A DNA stretch of 64,000 nucleotides from Bacteroidota bacterium (lineage in GTDB: Bacteria; Bacteroidota; Bacteroidia; Chitinophagales; Chitinophagaceae), in contig JAZKCS010000002.1 in assembly GCA_040387955.1 (NCBI GenBank), positions 506,582-570,581 on the forward strand, written 5' to 3'. Under the pieces are notes generated by a model, which saw nothing but the letters and a program-made list of their open reading frames with translations, was not told the DNA's origin and did no database searches. Below are positions 63,681-64,000 of this stretch, one piece after another. Both the position numbers and the translations under genes were made by a program. Within the stretch, counting starts at the first letter, position 1; each line of letters begins with the position of its first letter.

Positions 63681-64000
63681 ATGGAAAGAACAGAAATAGC
63701 ATCACTTGGTGAATTTGGGTTGATAGATCATTTAACTCAGAATAATGAAACAAAAAACGCATCTACGATTTTAAGTATTGGCGATGATGCCGCTATCATT
63801 GATAATTTTGGAAAACAAACTGTAGTAAGTACAGATATGTTAATTGAAGGGATTCATTTCGATCTCATGTATACACCGCTAAAGCATCTTGGTTATAAAA
63901 GTGTGGTAGTGAACCTGAGTGATATTTACGCAATGAATGCAATACCTACACATATAACACTTAGTATAGCTTTCAGCAATCGCTTTAGTGTAGAGGCGCT
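63681..64000 (+). CDS. thiL: thiamine-monophosphate kinase, N-terminal fragment (3' end outside the window)
   Basis: It has LGEFGLIDHL ... IGDDAAII ... STDMLIEGIHF. This ORF is not in the supplied track because it runs off the window. Confidence 0.75.
   Translation, partial: MERTEIASLGEFGLIDHLTQNNETKNASTILSIGDDAAIIDNFGKQTVVSTDMLIEGIHFDLMYTPLKHLGYKSVVVNLSDIYAMNAIPTHITLSIAFSNRFSVEA

Noticed and set aside
1-64000. CRISPR arrays, tRNA or rRNA genes, and insertion sequences.
   Set aside because: I looked through all gaps larger than 100 nt. I saw no regularly spaced direct repeats, no cloverleaf-like or rRNA-like conserved stretches, and no transposase-like ORFs.

Overview
AT-rich chromosomal segment of Bacteroidota type. 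This is supported by T9SS cargo proteins with type A and type B C-terminal sorting domains, TAnnTTTG -7 promoter boxes in front of housekeeping genes, and short leaders without a Shine-Dalgarno sequence. I call about 66 protein genes. One is a 59-aa DUF3606 ORF that is missing from the supplied ORF track. I recognise no rRNA, tRNA, CRISPR array, transposase, integrase or phage genes. The right two thirds (about 23-64 kb) is ordinary core genome: asnS, ClC channel, ldhA-like, rho, feoB, PadR-PspC, gcvT, SWIM/SNF2 helicase, corA, pnuC-tag-nadR-like, nifU-like, uvrD-like, recA, IMPase and thiL, interspersed with T9SS adhesin-like proteins and a cupredoxin/PQQ-dehydrogenase cluster. The left third (about 3-22.5 kb) is the interesting part. 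It is a dense cluster of non-homologous end-joining genes (ligD, ku), a Fpg/Nei glycosylase, general-stress-type proteins (YdaD-like SDR, CsbD-like, PA2169-family, DUF3606, KTSC, DUF6496, a hyper-acidic protein), and a TonB-receptor/YfiR/CHASE8-kinase/REC module. Reading the upstream regions by eye, 13 transcription units in this cluster carry the same bipartite GGCAY-N5-TTG(T/A) element at a near-constant distance from the start codon. Its geometry resembles sigma54 -24/-12 promoters and differs from the sigmaA-type boxes in front of the housekeeping genes. One of the best copies sits in the largest non-coding gap of the window and is followed by a strong intrinsic terminator with no ORF between them, so it is a candidate small RNA of the same regulon. 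All functional assignments come from motif recognition in the translated ORFs. No database search or statistics could be run.
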